A program made the position numbers and the translations under genes. A model generated the notes under the pieces. That model had not been told where the DNA came from and ran no database searches. It saw only the letters and a list, made by a program, of their open reading frames with translations. A stretch of 62,222 bases of DNA, counting the filler. It is 4 parts of 4 records of this genome, joined end to end, with 100 filler letters (N's around TTAATTAATTAA, not from the genome) between each part and the next. Parts side by side here need not be neighbours in the genome. Positions count along the whole stretch, not along the records: positions 49,725 to 62,222 come from SRR31156797_1748; 3 more parts are not named here. One strand, 5' to 3'. Of the stretch, positions 58,492 to 62,222 are shown piece after piece; the first letter of the stretch is position 1, and each line of letters opens with the position of its first letter.

Positions 58492-61188
58492 ATGACCAGT
58501 CCAGAAATATATATCATAGACGGCAGTGCCTATATCTATCGCGCCTATCATGCAGTAAGGCCGCTGACCAATAGCAGTGGGCTGCCGACCCATGCTGTTT
58601 ACGGTTTTGCAACTATGCTGAAAAAACTCATCAATGATAAGAGTCCTGAGTACCTCGCCATAGCTTTAGACAGCCGTGGGCCGGTTTTCCGGCATGATAT
58701 GTTTTCGGAATATAAGGCAAATCGGCCGCCAATGCCAGATGACCTTGTTGTTCAGGTACCTTATATACGATCGTTGATTGAAGCCTATAATATTCTTAGT
58801 CTTGCCGAGGTCGGACAGGAAGCTGACGATCTTATCGCTTCCTCGGTTGCAAGGATGACCGCTCTTGGGTGCCGGGTTGTTATTGTGTCTGGTGACAAGG
58901 ATTTACTGCAGCTTGTTTCCGATCAAGTAACCCTGTGGGATCCGATGAACGACCGGCTGATGGATGAAGGCGCAGTAGAGGATAAATACGGGGTCCCAGT
59001 CTCGGGTCTACTTGATTACTTTGCCCTGACCGGAGACAGTGCTGACAATATTCCAGGTGTCCCTGGTGTTGGCCCCAAAACCGCGCAGAAACTGATGAGT
59101 CAGTACCTGACTCTGGAGGGATTATATGGCGCTGTTGACGAGTTGAAAAAGTCCAAGATGAAAGAGCGGATCATTGAGCATCAGGAAGGTGCTTTTTTGT
59201 CCAGAGATCTAATTCGGCTGAACAAGGAAGCTACTGTTCCATCGCAACTTGAGCAATATATTGTTCAACAAGCAGACCATGATAAATTACGCAGCCTTTA
59301 TGCAGAGCTTGAATTTCATACTCTTCTGAAAAACGAGGTTAAGACGGCAAAGATAAGTACTGAAAATTTTTTTCTGGTCCAGGGTGAGGAGCAGTTGGAT
59401 GGGCTTTGTCAGCAGCTTGAATCGGCTTCTCATGTGGTGCTTGATACAGAGACAGACTCTCTGAATACTCGGATTGCAAACCTCGTGGGAATCTCCTTAT
59501 GCTTAGATGATCAGGCTGCCTGGTACATCCCTTGCGGTCATGTGAATGAGGGTGGCAGGATTTCCGGCCAATTCGAAATATCTTTTCTCATTGGAAAATT
59601 AAGACCGTTTCTTGAAGATGAGAAGTTGGTTAAGGTCGGCCATAATTTAAAGTATGACTATGCGGTGTTAGCCTCTCCACGAAATGGAGGGGTTCGCCTC
59701 CAAGGGCCCCTTCATGATACAATGATCGGTGCTTGGTTACTTGATCCAGGAAGACGGTCATATAAACTCGATGATCTCTGCGAGGAAATAGATCTTCGGC
59801 TGACCCCTTTTACCGAAGTGGTGAAGGGTGATAAAAAAAGTGATGCCTTTGCCTGGGTAGAAATGAATGCAGCAAAGGATTACAGCTGCGAAGATGTATA
59901 TGGTGCGTGGCAGCTTTTTACCCAACAGCGTGAACAACTGGATGAATGGGGATTGTTGTCTTTGCTTGAAAATGTGGAAGGGCCGCTAGTAAGGGTGCTT
60001 GCCTCCATGGAAACAACAGGTATTGTTGTTGATGCCGATACCCTGGCAACCCTTGCTTTGGATTTTGGTCAAGAACTTGATCGTTATGAGCAACAGATCT
60101 ATGCTGCCGCTGGCAGGGAATTTAATATACAATCCCCCAAACAGCTGGGCGAGATTTTGTTCGAAGAACTTGAGCTGCCAAAAGGAAGGAAAACTAAAAC
60201 CGGATGGTCAACAGATGTTAAGGTCTTAGAGAAATTAAAAAATCATCATGAGCTGCCTGCGTTGATCCTTCAGTATCGTAACATCGCCAAGCTCAAGTCA
60301 ACCTATGTGGACAAACTGGCAGCGCTCCGAGATCCGCAAAGCGGTCGAGTTCATACATCATATAATCAGTGCGGCACTGCTACAGGCAGGCTCAGTTCAA
60401 GCAATCCAAACTTGCAGAATATTCCAATAAGGACGGAAGAGGGGAGGCGTATTCGTTCAGCTTTTGTTGCTGAAAGCGGCTGGCAGCTTCTGGCCGGTGA
60501 TTATTCCCAGGTCGATCTTCGGGTCATGGCACATTATTCACAAGATCCGACCTTGATTGCTGCTTTTAAGAGGGGAGATGATATCCATCGGCAAACTGCC
60601 TCGCAGATTTTTTCAGTTGCCTCGGAGTTGGTGACAGCAGAAATGCGGCGAGCGGCAAAAACGATTAACTTTGGCATCGTGTACGGAATGTCGAGCTATG
60701 GTCTGGCCAGTCAGCTCGATGTGAGCAGGAAGGAGGCCCAGGCCTTTATTGATAGTTATTTTGCTCATTTTTCCGGGATACAGGATTTCATGGAAAAGGT
60801 CGTAGTGGAAGCCAGGGAACAGGGGTTTGTTACAACATTGACGGGGCGAAGGAGAAGCGTGCCTGAAATAAACAGTAGTAATCGAACCAAGCGGGAGTTT
60901 GCAGAGCGTATTGCCATTAATACACCAATCCAGGGTACGGCTGCAGATATCATGAAAAAGGCTATGTTACAGGTAGATGGGGCGTTGAAGAGGGACGGGT
61001 TTCAGGCGAACATGATTCTCCAAATTCATGATGAACTTGTCCTTGAAGTGCCTGACAAAGAGGTGACAGCAGTTGCTCAGCTGCTGCAGGAGTCCATGGA
61101 AAATGCTGTTGCTCTTGATGTGCCCCTGATTGTGCATCTTGATTATGGTCAAAACCTTGGCAAAGATGAACGTGTTTCATTGAAATAA
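58492..61188 (+). CDS. polA: DNA polymerase I
   Basis: 5' nuclease (IDGSAYIYRAYHA), 3'-5' exonuclease (DTETD, HNLKYD, YSCED), and polymerase motifs DYSQVDLR, RRAAKTINFGIVYG and QIHDE. Confidence 0.97.
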   Translation: MTSPEIYIIDGSAYIYRAYHAVRPLTNSSGLPTHAVYGFATMLKKLINDKSPEYLAIALDSRGPVFRHDMFSEYKANRPPMPDDLVVQVPYIRSLIEAYNILSLAEVGQEADDLIASSVARMTALGCRVVIVSGDKDLLQLVSDQVTLWDPMNDRLMDEGAVEDKYGVPVSGLLDYFALTGDSADNIPGVPGVGPKTAQKLMSQYLTLEGLYGAVDELKKSKMKERIIEHQEGAFLSRDLIRLNKEATVPSQLEQYIVQQADHDKLRSLYAELEFHTLLKNEVKTAKISTENFFLVQGEEQLDGLCQQLESASHVVLDTETDSLNTRIANLVGISLCLDDQAAWYIPCGHVNEGGRISGQFEISFLIGKLRPFLEDEKLVKVGHNLKYDYAVLASPRNGGVRLQGPLHDTMIGAWLLDPGRRSYKLDDLCEEIDLRLTPFTEVVKGDKKSDAFAWVEMNAAKDYSCEDVYGAWQLFTQQREQLDEWGLLSLLENVEGPLVRVLASMETTGIVVDADTLATLALDFGQELDRYEQQIYAAAGREFNIQSPKQLGEILFEELELPKGRKTKTGWSTDVKVLEKLKNHHELPALILQYRNIAKLKSTYVDKLAALRDPQSGRVHTSYNQCGTATGRLSSSNPNLQNIPIRTEEGRRIRSAFVAESGWQLLAGDYSQVDLRVMAHYSQDPTLIAAFKRGDDIHRQTASQIFSVASELVTAEMRRAAKTINFGIVYGMSSYGLASQLDVSRKEAQAFIDSYFAHFSGIQDFMEKVVVEAREQGFVTTLTGRRRSVPEINSSNRTKREFAERIAINTPIQGTAADIMKKAMLQVDGALKRDGFQANMILQIHDELVLEVPDKEVTAVAQLLQESMENAVALDVPLIVHLDYGQNLGKDERVSLK

Positions 61189-61336
61189 CGATATCGATTG
61201 CAGGCAGTGGGTGTTTATTCATGATTATGGACATTTTTTCCGTTTGTCCGGATTTGTTGCTTTTTTTTGTTGCGAGCATCATGACGTAAAGGGTAAAGAG
61301 ATGGTTATTAAGGGCGATAATGCAAGTACCTTGAGT

Positions 61337-61353
61337 CAGGATCGTTTTTTGCA
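61337..61353 (+). promoter_or_regulatory. Candidate sigma54 (-24/-12) promoter
   Basis: CAGGATCGTTTTTTGCA has exact GG-N10-GC spacing with TTGC, upstream of the small ORF. Confidence 0.35.
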
Positions 61354-61395
61354 TTAATAAGTGCAAAGGCTACAATTAAAGCGGGAGGAGAAATT

Positions 61396-61518
61396 ATGAG
61401 TCCCCGGCAAGCAATACGAATCCTGATGCTTAGTCCCATTTATTTTCGCTTAAGTCTCGCTCAACGCTGGCGATTGGTACGTGAATATTGTCAACTCGTT
61501 AAATCATGTAAATTGTAA
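61396..61518 (+). CDS. Small hypothetical protein, 40 aa (MSPRQAIRILMLSPIYFRLSLAQRWRLVREYCQLVKSCKL)
   Basis: Below the ORF-track cutoff; strong Shine-Dalgarno GGGAGGAG 5 nt before the ATG. Confidence 0.65.
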   Translation: MSPRQAIRILMLSPIYFRLSLAQRWRLVREYCQLVKSCKL

Positions 61519-61537
61519 TGTAATTTTTAAAGCGATT

Positions 61538-61918
61538 ATGGAAAATATGCCGCAGACATTACAAAGGGAGGAGCGGCGTAAGCATCCACGCTATAAACTA
61601 AAAGAAGGGACCTATGCCTTTTTGGAGGCAACTCCTTATGCGATAGTTGATATTAGCGAGTCGGGAATGGCGATTCATTACGTCGCTTTTAAAGAAAAAT
61701 GTATTACCGATTACACTTTTGATCTTTTCTCCTCAGATAAAGATAATTATCTTCCACGGATTTCTGGGGAACTAATTGCCGAGATATCTCTCATTCCCCC
61801 TTCTCTCTTCAGTGTACTCCACACCAAGCGACTCGGTATCAAATTTGATAGTCTCACTTTGGACCAGCAATCACAGCTTCGGTATTTCATCGTGCAAAGT
61901 GCAGGTGGAAAAGTCTAG
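61538..61918 (+). CDS. PilZ domain c-di-GMP receptor
   Basis: RRKHPR (RxxxR) and DISESG (DxSxxG); start moved to ATG 61538 (or 61547). Confidence 0.85.
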   Translation: MENMPQTLQREERRKHPRYKLKEGTYAFLEATPYAIVDISESGMAIHYVAFKEKCITDYTFDLFSSDKDNYLPRISGELIAEISLIPPSLFSVLHTKRLGIKFDSLTLDQQSQLRYFIVQSAGGKV

Positions 61919-62222
61919 GCCGAATTTCTCATGAACACTGTATCAACTTACCCACAGTTTTTTATGTTATGGAAACTCAAATAGATTTGGTATTTTTTCA
62001 TAATGTTCACCAAAGATCAGTCCATTTAGCATCATCTCTTTCAGTATTTTGTCCATAAATATAGACTGCTACCGGAGTCTTTGCTTACCTGCTTATTGCC
62101 AAAAACATTGAACCTGACGCCGCCTGAATTAATGAGAAATCCGGGCTAGAGTACATTTTCATCTTTTTGAAAATATGGTAGAGCTTCTGTAGAACCTAAA
62201 TCCTGCAATTGCCAATTTTGCC

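Noticed and set aside
61538..61918. PilZ protein as the effector of the c-di-GMP cluster at 1-9603
   Set aside because: The two lie on different contigs from different organisms.
61919..62222. Truncated gene at the window end
   Set aside because: All three minus-strand frames entering from the edge stop within about 25 codons with no recognisable motif, and the plus-strand ATG frames I checked are short.

Overview
The window is not one locus. It is four unrelated contigs joined by 100-nt N spacers that each contain TTAATTAATTAA (9738-9837, 22782-22881, 49625-49724). (1) 1-9737: AT-rich, Campylobacterota-like, all on the minus strand. It is a c-di-GMP/two-component cluster: a CbrR-like REC-REC-GGDEF protein, two intact PAS-GGDEF cyclases, a PAS histidine kinase, and a separately promoted module of REC, di-haem cytochrome c peroxidase and a membrane GGDEF/EAL protein (the EAL gene at 1-1774 is missing from the ORF track). 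(2) 9838-22781: a very AT-rich surface-polysaccharide cluster with two Wzx flippases, a putative Wzy, three GT4 enzymes, a sulfotransferase plus deacetylase pair, HisH2/HisF2/WbuX-type acetamidino genes, and a class-II GATase/N-acetyl-sugar amidotransferase fusion. (3) 22882-49624: a Bacteroidota (Bacteroidales-like) housekeeping region with fadD, an aminotransferase, heptose kinase, menG, porT, a Pat-like ligase-GNAT fusion, hemD, rnpA, S41 protease, cdd, trxA, elbB, an ECF sigma/anti-sigma pair, a T9SS cargo protein, a VanX-type dipeptidase and putP. It also holds a MITE-like relic and a candidate nucleoid-associated protein with an AT-hook-like motif and a winged helix. (4) 49725-62222: Desulfobacterota-like, with tRNA-Ala(GGC) next to a decayed att-like copy, mreBCD-mrdA-rodA, hemH, an HPF/cold-shock fusion, polA with Asp at the steric-gate position, an unannotated 40-aa ORF and a PilZ protein. 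I saw no CRISPR array, intact transposase, phage or defence system. Taxonomy and family calls come from motif recognition only; no database searches were run.
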